Shown: piece after piece, positions 22,948-33,100 of the stretch
Position numbering within the stretch: the stretch's first letter is position 1
Layout of the letters: each line of letters opens with the position of its first letter
Assembly (NCBI GenBank): GCA_963813335.1
Contig: CAWEYL010000003.1
Location: 544,001-608,000, forward strand
Direction of reading: 5' to 3'
DNA from: an uncultured Chloroflexia bacterium
Lineage (GTDB): Bacteria > Chloroflexota > Limnocylindria > Limnocylindrales > CSP1-4
DNA length: 64,000 nucleotides
The notes under the pieces: generated by a model
The model's database searches: none
Seen by the model: the letters and a program-made list of their open reading frames with translations, nothing else
What the model was told of the DNA's origin: nothing
Made by a program: the position numbers and the translations under genes

Positions 22948-23110
22948 GCGAGTGGCGGCGATCGATGCAGCGGCGACACCTAGGAGCGCCGATACGGGCG
23001 ATCCCGCGGAGGGCCGATCCGGGTCGAGGAGGGCTCGGGCGATCGGCGCGACCCATCGACGTGCTCGTGGCACCCGTGCCAACTCGCGTATCGAGATCGG
23101 AGGAGACACC

Positions 23111-24250
23111 TTGTCAACGCGACGCTCCGTGACTCGCGCAGCCGGCCTGCTGGCCGTCGCTGGCCTCGTCTTCGCAGCCTGCTCGAGCAGTTCGAGCCCG
23201 GCACCGTCAGGCGGCGCGTCCGCCGCCGCGGGCGCAGGCGGCGCCAGCCAACAGCTGATCGATGCCGCCAAGAAGGAAGGCCAGCTGTCGGTCATCGCGC
23301 TGCCGCACGATTGGTGCAACTACGGCGAGATCATCACGGCGTTCAAGGCCAAGTACGGCCTGACCGTGAACGAGATCACCCCGGACGCCGGCTCCGGCGA
23401 CGAGATCGAGGCCATCAAGGCCAACAAGGACAACCCCGGGCCGCAGGCGCCGGACGTCGTCGACGTCGGCATCACGTTCGGCGACCCGGCCAAGACCGAC
23501 AAGCTGATCCAGCCCTACAAGGTCTCGACCTGGGACACCATCGATCCCAAGCTCAAGGACCCGGACGGCTACTGGTACGGCGACTACTTCAGCATCCTGA
23601 CCTTCGAGATCAACAAGGCCGCGGTCAAGAACTCGCCGGCCGACTGGGCCGACCTCCAGAAGCCGGAGTACAAGAACCAGGTCGCGCTCGCTGGCGATCC
23701 GCGCCAGTCGAGCCAGGCCATCAACTCGGTGTACGCGTCGTCGCTGGCGAATGGCGGTTCCCTCGATGACGCCTCCAAGGGGCTGTCGTTCTTCGCGGAC
23801 CTCAACAAGGCCGGCAACTTCGTTCCGACGATCGCCAAGACGGCGACCATCGACGCGGGCGCCACGCCGATCACCATCCGCTGGGCCTACAACGCGCTGG
23901 CCCACAAGGACATCGCCGCCGGCAATCCGGAGATCGACGTCGTCGTCCCGGCCAGCGGCCGGTTCCTCGGCGTCTACGCGCAGGCGATCAGCGCCTACGC
24001 CCCGCACCCGAACGCCGCCAAGCTTTGGATGGAGTACCTGTACTCCGACGAGGGCCAGACCGGGTGGCTCAAGGGCTATTGCCACACGACCCGTCTCGCG
24101 GACCTGAAGGCCCGCGGCGTCGCGACCGACCTGATCGCGAAGCTGCCGGACATCTCCGGTGCGGTCTACCCGACCTCGGCGCAGGCCGCGGCCGCCAAGG
24201 ACCTGATCACCAAGCAGTGGGACTCGGTCGTCGGCGCCGACGTCAAGTAG
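23111..24250 (+). CDS. ABC transporter substrate-binding lipoprotein (PotD/AfuA-like)
   Basis: AGGAG RBS and TTG start, lipobox VFAAC, AAKKEGQL, LPHDWCNYG, APDVVDVG, APHPNAAKLWMEYLYS. Confidence 0.88.
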   Translation: MSTRRSVTRAAGLLAVAGLVFAACSSSSSPAPSGGASAAAGAGGASQQLIDAAKKEGQLSVIALPHDWCNYGEIITAFKAKYGLTVNEITPDAGSGDEIEAIKANKDNPGPQAPDVVDVGITFGDPAKTDKLIQPYKVSTWDTIDPKLKDPDGYWYGDYFSILTFEINKAAVKNSPADWADLQKPEYKNQVALAGDPRQSSQAINSVYASSLANGGSLDDASKGLSFFADLNKAGNFVPTIAKTATIDAGATPITIRWAYNALAHKDIAAGNPEIDVVVPASGRFLGVYAQAISAYAPHPNAAKLWMEYLYSDEGQTGWLKGYCHTTRLADLKARGVATDLIAKLPDISGAVYPTSAQAAAAKDLITKQWDSVVGADVK

Positions 24251-24275
24251 GCACCCCGACCCACATCCGACGATC

Positions 24276-25178
24276 GTGAGCGGCTCCGCCACGGTCATCG
24301 CAGAGCGGGACGCGCCACCGGCGCGTCCCGCGACGCAACGCCGGCGCTGGTCCTGGCTGGGACTGGTGCCGTTCTTCCTCTTCTGCGGGCTGTTCCTGGG
24401 CGTCCCGCTGGCCTTCCTCGTGATCGGCAGCTTCCTCGACCCGGCGGGCAACGCGACCCTGCAGAACTACGCAGACCTCTCGGACGCCCGCATCCTGGCG
24501 GCGTTCCGGAACAGCATCGAGATCAGCCTGGTCACGGCGATCCTCGGCGGCCTGTTCGGCTTCGCCCTCGCGGGTGCCGTCATCCTCGGCGGCCTGCCGC
24601 GCTTCCTGCGGAGCTCGCTCATGACATTCTCGGGAGTCGCCTCGAACTTCGCCGGCATCCCGCTCGCCCTGGCCTTCACCTTCACGCTCGGCCAGCTCGG
24701 GATGGTCACCGTGATCCTGAAGAACCTCGGCATCGACATCTGGGCCAGCGGGTTCAACCTCTACTCGAAGCTCGGCCTCGAGCTCGTCTACCTCTTCTTC
24801 CAATTCCCGCTCATGGTGCTGATCATGGCGCCCGCCATCGACGGGCTGCGGCCCGAGTGGCGCGAGGCCGCCGAGAACATGGGCGCGACCCGACGGCAAT
24901 ACTGGCGACGCGTCGCGCTGCCGATCCTGACCCCCACCCTGCTCGGCAGCATGATCCTGCTGTTCGGCAACTCCTTCGGGGCGCAGGCGACGGCCTACCA
25001 GCTGACCGGCGGCCAGATCCCGCTCGTCACGCTGGTCATCGGCAACCAGATCAGCGGCGACGTGCTCCACAACGCCGGGCTCGGGTACGCCATCGCGATG
25101 GGCGGCGTCGGGATCATGGCGATCTCGATCCTCGCCTACAGCTTCCTGCAGCGGCGCGCCGAGCGGTGGATGCGATGA
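24276..25178 (+). CDS. ABC transporter permease (PotB-like)
   Basis: Multiple TM helices, EAA loop WREAAENMGA. Confidence 0.88.
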   Translation: MSGSATVIAERDAPPARPATQRRRWSWLGLVPFFLFCGLFLGVPLAFLVIGSFLDPAGNATLQNYADLSDARILAAFRNSIEISLVTAILGGLFGFALAGAVILGGLPRFLRSSLMTFSGVASNFAGIPLALAFTFTLGQLGMVTVILKNLGIDIWASGFNLYSKLGLELVYLFFQFPLMVLIMAPAIDGLRPEWREAAENMGATRRQYWRRVALPILTPTLLGSMILLFGNSFGAQATAYQLTGGQIPLVTLVIGNQISGDVLHNAGLGYAIAMGGVGIMAISILAYSFLQRRAERWMR

Positions 25179-26053
25179 CCGTCGGCGGGCAGCCTGCCAT
25201 CGGTCCACGCGCGCCCGGTGCACTCGAATCGGTCGCCTCGTCCACGGCCGCGACCAAGCGGCCGCGACGGCGCCTCGGCTCGCCGTGGGCATGGGTCGTC
25301 TTCATCATCGGCGTGACCTACTTCTTCGTGCCGCTCATCGCGACGTTCGAGTTCTCGATGCGGAAGAAGCCGGCGTTCTCCGCGTACACCGACGCCCTGG
25401 CGAACCCGGGGTTCTGGTCGAGCCTGGGCTACTCCTTCATCGTCGGCGTCATCACGGTCGTGCTGAGCATCGCCTTGATCGTCCCGACCGCCTACTGGGT
25501 CCGGCTGCGGGTCCCGCGCCTCCGCCCGCTCGTGGAGCTGATCACGCTGCTCCCGTTCGTCATCCCGCCCGTCGTGCTGGTGTTCGGGCTGATCCGGGCG
25601 TACAGCCGGCCACCGCTGCCGTTCACCTACACCGACATCGGCAGCACCGCGCTGCTGGTCTTCGCCTACATCATCCTGTCCCTGCCGTACATGTACCGCT
25701 CGATCGACGCCGGCCTGCGGGCCATGGACATCCGGACCCTGACGGAGGCCGCCCAGAGCCTCGGCGCCGGATGGTTCACGATCATCGTCAAGATCATCCT
25801 GCCGAACCTGCGCGTGGCGCTGCTGTCCGGCGCGTTCCTGAGCCTCGCGATCGTGATCGGCGAGTTCACCGTCGCCGCCTATCTCGTCCGCCCGGCCTTC
25901 GGGCCGTTCCTGAACCTGCTCGGCGGGAGCCGGAGCTACGAGGCGGCCGCCGTGTCGCTGATCAGCTTCGGTCTGACCTGGCTGGCGATGATCGCCATCT
26001 CCATCGTGGGTCGCGGCTCGCGGAGCCGGATCACCCTGGCCGGCGCCCGCTGA
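25175..26053 (+). CDS. ABC transporter permease (PotC-like)
   Basis: ATGA overlap, LTEAAQSLGA EAA loop, IGEFT. Confidence 0.88.
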   Translation: MTVGGQPAIGPRAPGALESVASSTAATKRPRRRLGSPWAWVVFIIGVTYFFVPLIATFEFSMRKKPAFSAYTDALANPGFWSSLGYSFIVGVITVVLSIALIVPTAYWVRLRVPRLRPLVELITLLPFVIPPVVLVFGLIRAYSRPPLPFTYTDIGSTALLVFAYIILSLPYMYRSIDAGLRAMDIRTLTEAAQSLGAGWFTIIVKIILPNLRVALLSGAFLSLAIVIGEFTVAAYLVRPAFGPFLNLLGGSRSYEAAAVSLISFGLTWLAMIAISIVGRGSRSRITLAGAR

Positions 26054-26073
26054 CCCATGGAGGCACCCCGTCC

Positions 26074-27213
26074 ATGACCTTCCTCGAGCTGACCGGCATC
26101 CAGAAGCACTTCGGCGACGTCGCCGCCGTCCTCGACTTCAACCTGCAGGCCGAGCGAGGCGAGTTCGTGTCGTTCCTGGGGCCGTCCGGCTGTGGCAAGA
26201 CCACGACCCTGCGGATGATCGCGGGCTTCGAGATCCCGACGGCCGGCCGGATCACCGTCAACGGGGCCGACATCACGCGCAAGCCGCCGAACCAGCGGAA
26301 CGTCGGCATGGTGTTCCAGTCCTACGCACTCTTCCCGAACCTGACAGTCGCCGACAACATCGGGTTCGGGCTCAAGGTGCGCGGCAAGCCGGGGGCGGAG
26401 ATCCGCACCCGCGTTGCCGAGCTGCTGGAGATGATCCATCTCTCCGATCGCGGCGGCCGCTACCCGTACCAGCTGTCGGGCGGCCAACAGCAGCGCGTGG
26501 CCCTCGCCCGGGCGCTCGCGATCGAGCCGCAGGTGCTGCTGCTCGACGAGCCCCTGTCCGCGCTCGACGCGAAGATCCGCATCTCGCTGCGCAAGGAGAT
26601 CCGGGCGATCCAGCGCCAGCTCGGGATCACGACGGTCTACGTCACCCACGACCAGGAGGAGGCCCTCTCGCTCTCCGACCGGGTGGTCGTGATGAGCGAC
26701 GGCCGGATCGAGCAGATCGGGACACCGTTCGAGATCTACAACTACCCGACGACGACGTTCGTCGCCTCGTTCGTGGGGACGCTGAACCTGGTGGATGCCG
26801 CAGTGATCGATGCGGCTGGCGGACGGCTCTCGCTGGCCGGCCAGGAGGTCCGGACCGCCAGGCCGATCACCGACGCGGCCTCCGGCGCGCACGTGACCCT
26901 GGCGGTCCGTCCGGAGGGGATCGAGCTCGGCGAGGGATCCGAGGGGCGGAACCGGCTCCGCGGCCAGATCGAGGACATCAACTTCCTCGGCTCGATCGTC
27001 CGCCTCCGCCTCGCCCTCGGCGACGGCGCCGCCGGGTCGGCGCCGACGGCCCTGTCCCTCGACACCTTCAACGAGCCGCACCTGACCCTGCCCGCCGTCG
27101 GCGAGCACGTCACGGTCTCCTTCCCGCCAGAGGCGTGCTTCGTCCTCGCGGCGACCGGCGGACGGACCAGCCCGGCGGGCCTCGAGGCCCTGGAGGACGG
27201 CGCGACGGCGTGA
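26074..27213 (+). CDS. ABC transporter ATP-binding protein (PotA-like, TOBE domain)
   Basis: [43 protein letters not shown]; GGAGG RBS. Confidence 0.92.
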   Translation: MTFLELTGIQKHFGDVAAVLDFNLQAERGEFVSFLGPSGCGKTTTLRMIAGFEIPTAGRITVNGADITRKPPNQRNVGMVFQSYALFPNLTVADNIGFGLKVRGKPGAEIRTRVAELLEMIHLSDRGGRYPYQLSGGQQQRVALARALAIEPQVLLLDEPLSALDAKIRISLRKEIRAIQRQLGITTVYVTHDQEEALSLSDRVVVMSDGRIEQIGTPFEIYNYPTTTFVASFVGTLNLVDAAVIDAAGGRLSLAGQEVRTARPITDAASGAHVTLAVRPEGIELGEGSEGRNRLRGQIEDINFLGSIVRLRLALGDGAAGSAPTALSLDTFNEPHLTLPAVGEHVTVSFPPEACFVLAATGGRTSPAGLEALEDGATA

Positions 27214-27956
27214 CCACGCCGCTCGACGGGATCGACCTCGTCGTCTTCGACAAGGACGGCACGCTGATCGACTTCCACGCGATGTGGAGCGCCTGGCCGG
27301 AAGAGCTGGCCAGCGGCCTGGAGGTCGCGACCGGCCGCGACCTCCGGGTTCCCCTGTTCGCGGCCCTCGGCTACGACGAGACGACCGAACGAGCGGTGGC
27401 GAGCGGATATCTCGCGGCGACCCCGATGGCCCGGATCCGCGACGCGACGCGGGACATCCTGCTTGGCGCCGGCCTTCGGCCGGCGCAGGCCGACGCCGCG
27501 CTCGAGTCCGCGTGGCACGCTCCGGACCCGGTCGAGTCGGCCACCGCGGTCACCGACCTCGTCGACCTGTTCACGGCCCTGCGCTCGAGCGGTCGGCACA
27601 TCGCGGTCGCGACCAGCGATGACCGGGCGCCGACCCTTCGGACCCTTGGCGCGTTCGGGGTCGACGCGCTCGTGGAGGCCACGCTGGGTGCCGACGACGG
27701 GATCCCGGCCAAGCCCGCGCCGGACATGGTCCTCGCGATCTGCCAGTTGATCGCGATCGCGCCTGCCCGGACCGCCGTCGTGGGCGATTCGGCGGCCGAC
27801 CTGGCCATGGGCCGCGCGGCGGGCGTCGCCCGGTGCATCGGCGTCCTGTCCGGGATCGGGACCGTGGACGACCTGGCGCCCCTCGCGGACGTCATGCTGG
27901 CATCGATCGCCGAGCTGCGGCCCGGCCCGAGCACGGATCGGAGGCTGCCCCGATGA
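27210..27956 (+). CDS. HAD family hydrolase (phosphatase)
   Basis: VFDKDGTL motif I, ATSD, KPAPD, VVGDSAAD; GTGA overlap with the ATPase. Confidence 0.88.
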   Translation: MTTPLDGIDLVVFDKDGTLIDFHAMWSAWPEELASGLEVATGRDLRVPLFAALGYDETTERAVASGYLAATPMARIRDATRDILLGAGLRPAQADAALESAWHAPDPVESATAVTDLVDLFTALRSSGRHIAVATSDDRAPTLRTLGAFGVDALVEATLGADDGIPAKPAPDMVLAICQLIAIAPARTAVVGDSAADLAMGRAAGVARCIGVLSGIGTVDDLAPLADVMLASIAELRPGPSTDRRLPR

Positions 27957-28876
27957 CCGAGACCATGCGGCCCGACCCGCGGACCGCGACCATCCTCGAC
28001 GCCATCGGCGAGACGCCGCTGATCCGCATCGACGACATCTGGGTCAAGCTCGAGTTCCTCAACCCGTCGGGGTCGGTCAAGGCGCGCATCGCGCGCTACA
28101 TGATCGAGCGGGCGGAGCGCGAGGGCCGGCTGCGCCCCGGCGACACGATCGTCGAGGCGTCGAGCGGCAACACGGGCAACGCGATGAGCATGGTCGCGGC
28201 CGTGAAGGGCTACCGGATGCTGGTGGTCATGCCCGACGGGATGAGCCCGGAGCGGCTGGCCATCAGCCGGGCGTTCGGCGCGGAGGTCCTGACCCTCGGC
28301 GACTTCCACGTGACCGAGGCGCTGGCGAAGGCGCGCGAGCTCGGGAGCCAGCCCGGCTACTTCAGCCCGCAGCAGTTCGATTCCGAGTGGAACGTCGACG
28401 AGAACCGCGAGTGGCTCGGGCCGGAGCTGCTCCGCCAGCTGCCGGACGGCGTCGTGCCGGACGCGATCGTGGCCGGCGTCGGAACCGGCGGGACCCTGGT
28501 CGGGGTCGGCCAGGCGGTTCGCGCCGTCAACCCGCGTGTCGCGGTCATCGGCGTCGAGCCCAACGAATCGTGCACGCTCATGTGCGGCGAGATCGGCAAG
28601 CACCTGATCGAGGGCATCAGCGACGGGTTCATCCCGGGCATCATCGAGCGCCACCGCGACCTGATCGACGACCTCGTCCCGGTCGACAGCGACGCCTCGA
28701 TCGCGGAGATGCGCCGCCTGGCGCGCGAGCACGGGCTGTTCGTCGGGCCGAGCTCCGGAGCGAACCTGGTCGCCGCGCGGACGTGGCGCGACGGCCATCC
28801 CGATGCCCGCGAGGTCGTGACGTTCTTCTGCGACGAGGGCGAGAAGTACATCACGGACTACTTCACGCCCGACTGA
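27953..28876 (+). CDS. PLP-dependent cysteine synthase family protein
   Basis: IGETPL, KLEFLNPSGSVKAR, EASSGNTG, GVGTGGT, HLIEGI, GPSSGAN. Confidence 0.88.
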   Translation: MTETMRPDPRTATILDAIGETPLIRIDDIWVKLEFLNPSGSVKARIARYMIERAEREGRLRPGDTIVEASSGNTGNAMSMVAAVKGYRMLVVMPDGMSPERLAISRAFGAEVLTLGDFHVTEALAKARELGSQPGYFSPQQFDSEWNVDENREWLGPELLRQLPDGVVPDAIVAGVGTGGTLVGVGQAVRAVNPRVAVIGVEPNESCTLMCGEIGKHLIEGISDGFIPGIIERHRDLIDDLVPVDSDASIAEMRRLAREHGLFVGPSSGANLVAARTWRDGHPDAREVVTFFCDEGEKYITDYFTPD

Positions 28877-28917
28877 GCGGCACGAGCCCGACCGACCTGC
28901 GTCGGCCGGGCTCGGGG

Positions 28918-29130
28918 TCAGCTCCGGCCGGTGCCCCTGCGGACGGCCGGCGACGCCGAGGTGTCGCCGCGGGCGATCGCCTCGAGGTGACGGCGGACGG
29001 CGTCGAGGGCGCGGGTGGACGCGACGGGTCGGACGGCCCGGCGCGCCTTGGCGGCAGCCCGCATCCGGTCGAGGTCGACCGGCGCGAACGTGGTGCGGCG
29101 GATGGCCGCGCGTGGCTGGGGTCGTGGCAT
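28918..29130 (-). CDS. small basic hypothetical protein (70 aa)
   Basis: GGAGG RBS overlapping the upstream stop; MPRPQPRAAIRRTTFAPVDLDRMRAAAKARR. Confidence 0.4.
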   Translation of the reverse strand: MPRPQPRAAIRRTTFAPVDLDRMRAAAKARRAVRPVASTRALDAVRRHLEAIARGDTSASPAVRRGTGRS

Positions 29131-29140
29131 GGCCCGCCTC

Positions 29141-29902
29141 CTAGTTGATGACGAACCAGTGGACGAACGCGGCCGCGGTCGTCGTGGTGTTGAGGTACAC
29201 CGTGAACGAGCCGCTGACCGGCACGACCGCCCGGACCCAGCGACCGGTCTGCGCCGAGCCGAGCACCGCGAGGACATGACTGGAGGTCGATGTCCCCAGG
29301 AGGTTGATCTTGATCGACGCCTTGCCCTTGGCGATCGTCGTCCGTCCGGAGCGGCTGAACTTGGCCTTGCCGATGACCTCGAGGGCCAGGTCCTTGGATG
29401 ACGCACCGACGGCGACGACACCGGCATCGGGACCGCCACTCTCCCCGACGACGCCGATCCCGCCGTAGCCGTACACGCCGATGCTGCCCTGGCCGTAGAC
29501 CCCCCAGTCGTCGCTGTCGCCGACCACGCCGGCGCCCACGAAGCTCGTGTCGGGGTTGGTCGGCGACCAGCCGTAGATGCCCGTGTACGCACCGAACCCG
29601 GGCTCCCAGTTCGGAGGCGCGCTGATGCTCCAGCCCCACAGGCCGGCGCCGCCGGTGCTGGTGCCCGAGACACCGAGCCCGAGGCCCGTGGCGTGGGCCG
29701 CGAAGGAGTCCGCATCGGCGGTCGAGTTGCTGATCGAGGTGGCGGCCGTCGACGGGTTGGCGGCGCCGAGCTGGACGTCATCGACGTCATGGGCCGCCAT
29801 CGAGAGCGGCATGGCGGCGGACGCGGCGAGGGCGGCGGCTCCGCCCGCGGCGGCAGCGAGCAGCGCACGGCGGGAGCGAGGGGCGGCGAACGGTTCGTCC
29901 AT
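29141..29902 (-). CDS. Tat-exported Gly-rich repeat protein (beta-solenoid/adhesin-like)
   Basis: SRRALL twin-arginine signal; repeated G-[VIL]-x-G units; beta-rich C-terminal domain. Confidence 0.7.
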   Translation of the reverse strand: MDEPFAAPRSRRALLAAAAGGAAALAASAAMPLSMAAHDVDDVQLGAANPSTAATSISNSTADADSFAAHATGLGLGVSGTSTGGAGLWGWSISAPPNWEPGFGAYTGIYGWSPTNPDTSFVGAGVVGDSDDWGVYGQGSIGVYGYGGIGVVGESGGPDAGVVAVGASSKDLALEVIGKAKFSRSGRTTIAKGKASIKINLLGTSTSSHVLAVLGSAQTGRWVRAVVPVSGSFTVYLNTTTTAAAFVHWFVIN

Positions 29903-30124
29903 CGGATCCTTCCTGTGGAACGAGAGCAGCGCTCGCCCGGTCGGGTCCGCGCCCTGGGCATCGTCATGGTGCCACGCGACCGTCTCGTGTGCGTCTCGAA
30001 GTCCGGGCGTGGTACGGATGGGCTATCGCGGGTCGCTCCTGCCGCCCGTACCTTGGCGCAGACCGTCGCGCACCGTGTGCGGCGGCCCTCGGTCATGCCG
30101 TCAACCGGAGGCACTCGAACCCGG

Positions 30125-33100
30125 ATGGTCCTCGCTCAGGAGCCGCGCCGCCCACCCGGCTCTCGGGCCCGACCCCACCGTCCGCCGACCCGGCCGCGTC
30201 CGCTCGGCAAGGCCGAGGGGGGACCGGGTGCCGATGAGGCGACCCGCGCCGCCGCCCTGCGCCGGATCGTGGCCGAGGTCAGCAGCAGCCAGGACCTCGA
30301 TCGGCTGTTCGAGGAGGTCATCGACGCCTCGTTCACGCTGTTCGGCGCGGACCGGGCCGGGCTGTGGATCTACGACGATTCGCCCGCGCCCCTGAACCTC
30401 GCCGCGCAGCGCGGCCTGTCGAACGTGATGCTCGACCTGATCGCGAGCCTCCCACGCGACGCCCAGACGGTCGGCATGACCGCGCTGCGCGAGCGGCATG
30501 TCACGGTCCTCGCCGGCGAGCTCGAAGGGACGGTCCCGCGCCTCCAGCGGATGTACCGCGCCGAGGGCATCCGCTCGATGTGCTTTGTGCCGATCGTCTT
30601 CCGGGACGAGGTCCTCGGGCTGCTCGTCCTGTACCACCGGACGGACTACGAGTGGTCCGACGACGAGACCGATCTCGCCCGCTCGTTCGGCGATCACATC
30701 GCCGTTGCGATGCAGAACGCCAGGCTGGCCGAGTCCTCGCATGCCCTCGCCGAACGCCTCGGCGCCATCTCCGAGCTGGCCGTCCGGCTCAACCGGATCC
30801 ACGACATCGACGGCATCGCGGCGTCCATCGTCGGCGAGGCCGGCCGGCTCATCGACCACGACACCATCCGCGTCTACCGCGTCGACCACGCGGCCGGCGT
30901 CTGCGAGCCGATCGCCTTCCAGGGCACGTTCCTCGGCAGCAGCGACCCCGATCCCGACACCCTCCGCGTCGCGATCGGCGAGGGCCTGACCGGGTGGGTC
31001 GCGGAGCACAACCAGACGGTCCGCTCGGGCGATGCCGGCGCTGACCCGCGCGGCGTGGTCATGGGCTCCAACGATGAGCCCGAATCGATGCTCATCGTGC
31101 CGATGGCCTTCGAGGACGTCGTGCACGGCGTGGTCGTCGTCTCGAAACGCGGTCGCGACCGCTTCGACGCCGACGACGAGACCACCTTCGGGATCTTCGC
31201 GAGCTATGCGGCCCAGGCCCTGGTCAACGCCTCGAACGTGGGCCGCCTCAAGCTCCAGCAGGCCGAGCTGCACCACCAGCTCGCCAGCCAGCGCCGGCTG
31301 CTGGAGGTCAACGAGCGGCTGCTGTCGACGCTCGAGCCGAACAGCGTCCTCGACCTGATCGCCGATTCGCTGAAGGTGATCGTCCCGTACGACACGCTGA
31401 CCATCTACCGCGTCGACCGGGTCGCCGGCGTCCGCCGCGCGGTGATCGCCCGCGACCGCTTCGCCGACCTGATCCTCGCCCACGAGAGCCCGCTCGGCGT
31501 CGGGATCAGCGGTTGGGTCGTCGACCACGGTGAGGCCGTGCTGGCCAACGAGGCGCACCTCGATCCCCGCTCCGTCCAGGTGCCTGGGACCCCGTTCGAG
31601 CCGGAGTCGATGATCGTGGTCCCGCTGCTCGTCGGCGGCGAGGCCATCGGCACGCTCAACATCGGCCGGATGGGCGAGGCGGAGGCGTTCTTCAGCGCCA
31701 ACGAGTTCGACCTGACGAAGCTCTTCGCCGGGCAGGCCTCCATCGCGCTCCAGAATGCCGAGGCGCACGGCGAGGTGCGGGTCCGGGCGGAGCACGACGC
31801 CCTCACCGGCATCCGCAACCACGGCGCCTTCCAGGCCGACCTCGGCGACGCCGTGCGGGCGGGCGGCAGCGGCGGGCCGTTCGCGGTGCTGATGATGGAC
31901 CTCGATGCGTTCAAGGCCTTCAACGACACGCGCGGGCACCCCGCCGGGGACGCGCTGCTGACCGGCATCGCCCGGGTGATGAGCGCCGCCGTCCGCGACG
32001 GCGACCGCATCTACCGCTACGGCGGCGACGAGTTCGCGGCGATCCTGCCGGGCGCCGACCGGGTGGCGGCCCACGAGATCGCCGAGCGGCTGCGCCGCAC
32101 GGTCGCCGACCTGTCGCGTGGCACGCCGACGGTCTCGATCAGTGTCGGCGTCTCCTGCTACCCCGACGACGGCCGCTCGAAGGACGCGCTGGTCGCGGTG
32201 GCCGACCGGGCGATGTACCTCGCCAAGCCCACGGCGCCTGTCTCCGACGGCGCGGGCAGCAGCGACGACCCGTACCTGCGCGCGCTCGACGAGACGGCCC
32301 TCGCCCTGCTCGACCGGCGCGACGCCGCGATGCTCCTCGAGACGATCCTGACCCGCGCCTGCTCGCTGCTGGGCACCCCGCACGGGTACATCTTCCTGGC
32401 CGAGCCGGGCGGCGGGGAACTGGACCTCCGCCACGGTTCCGGGCTGTTCGCCCAGGGCGTCGGCCACCGACAGCCGGTCGACAAGGGGATCGGCGGCCAG
32501 GTCTTCCTCACCGGCCAGCCGGTCACCGTGGACGACTACGACGCCTGGGCTCGACGCGCCGGGATCGTGCCGAACGGCATGCTGAGCGCAGTCGTGGGTG
32601 TGCCCCTCTTCTCGGGCGACGAGGTCGTCGGGGTCATCGGCCTGGCGTCCAGCGCCACCGATCGCACCTTCGGCCCGCGCGATGTGGCCGCCCTGACGCG
32701 GTTCGCCCAGCTGGCCTCGATCGCCATCGACAACGCCCGCCTCGTCGACGTCGCGGAACGAGGCGCCCTGTACGACCCCACGACCGGCCTGCCGAACCGC
32801 GAGCTGCTGACCGACCGGATCGCCCACGCGCTCTCGCGCGTCCGCCCGGACGATGCCGGCCCGATCGCGGTGATCATGCTCGACCTCGACCGGTTCAAGG
32901 TCATCAACGAGAGCGTCGGCCACGCGGTCGGCGACCGGCTGCTCATCGCCGTGGGCCAGCGGCTCGCCGCGTGCCTGCGGCCCGGCGACACGGTCGCGCG
33001 CTTCGGCGGCGACGAGTTCGGGATCATCCTCGACCCGGTCACGGACGAGGGCGAGGCGCGGCGGATCGCCCAGGTGATCTCGTCGGAGCTGCGGGCGCCG

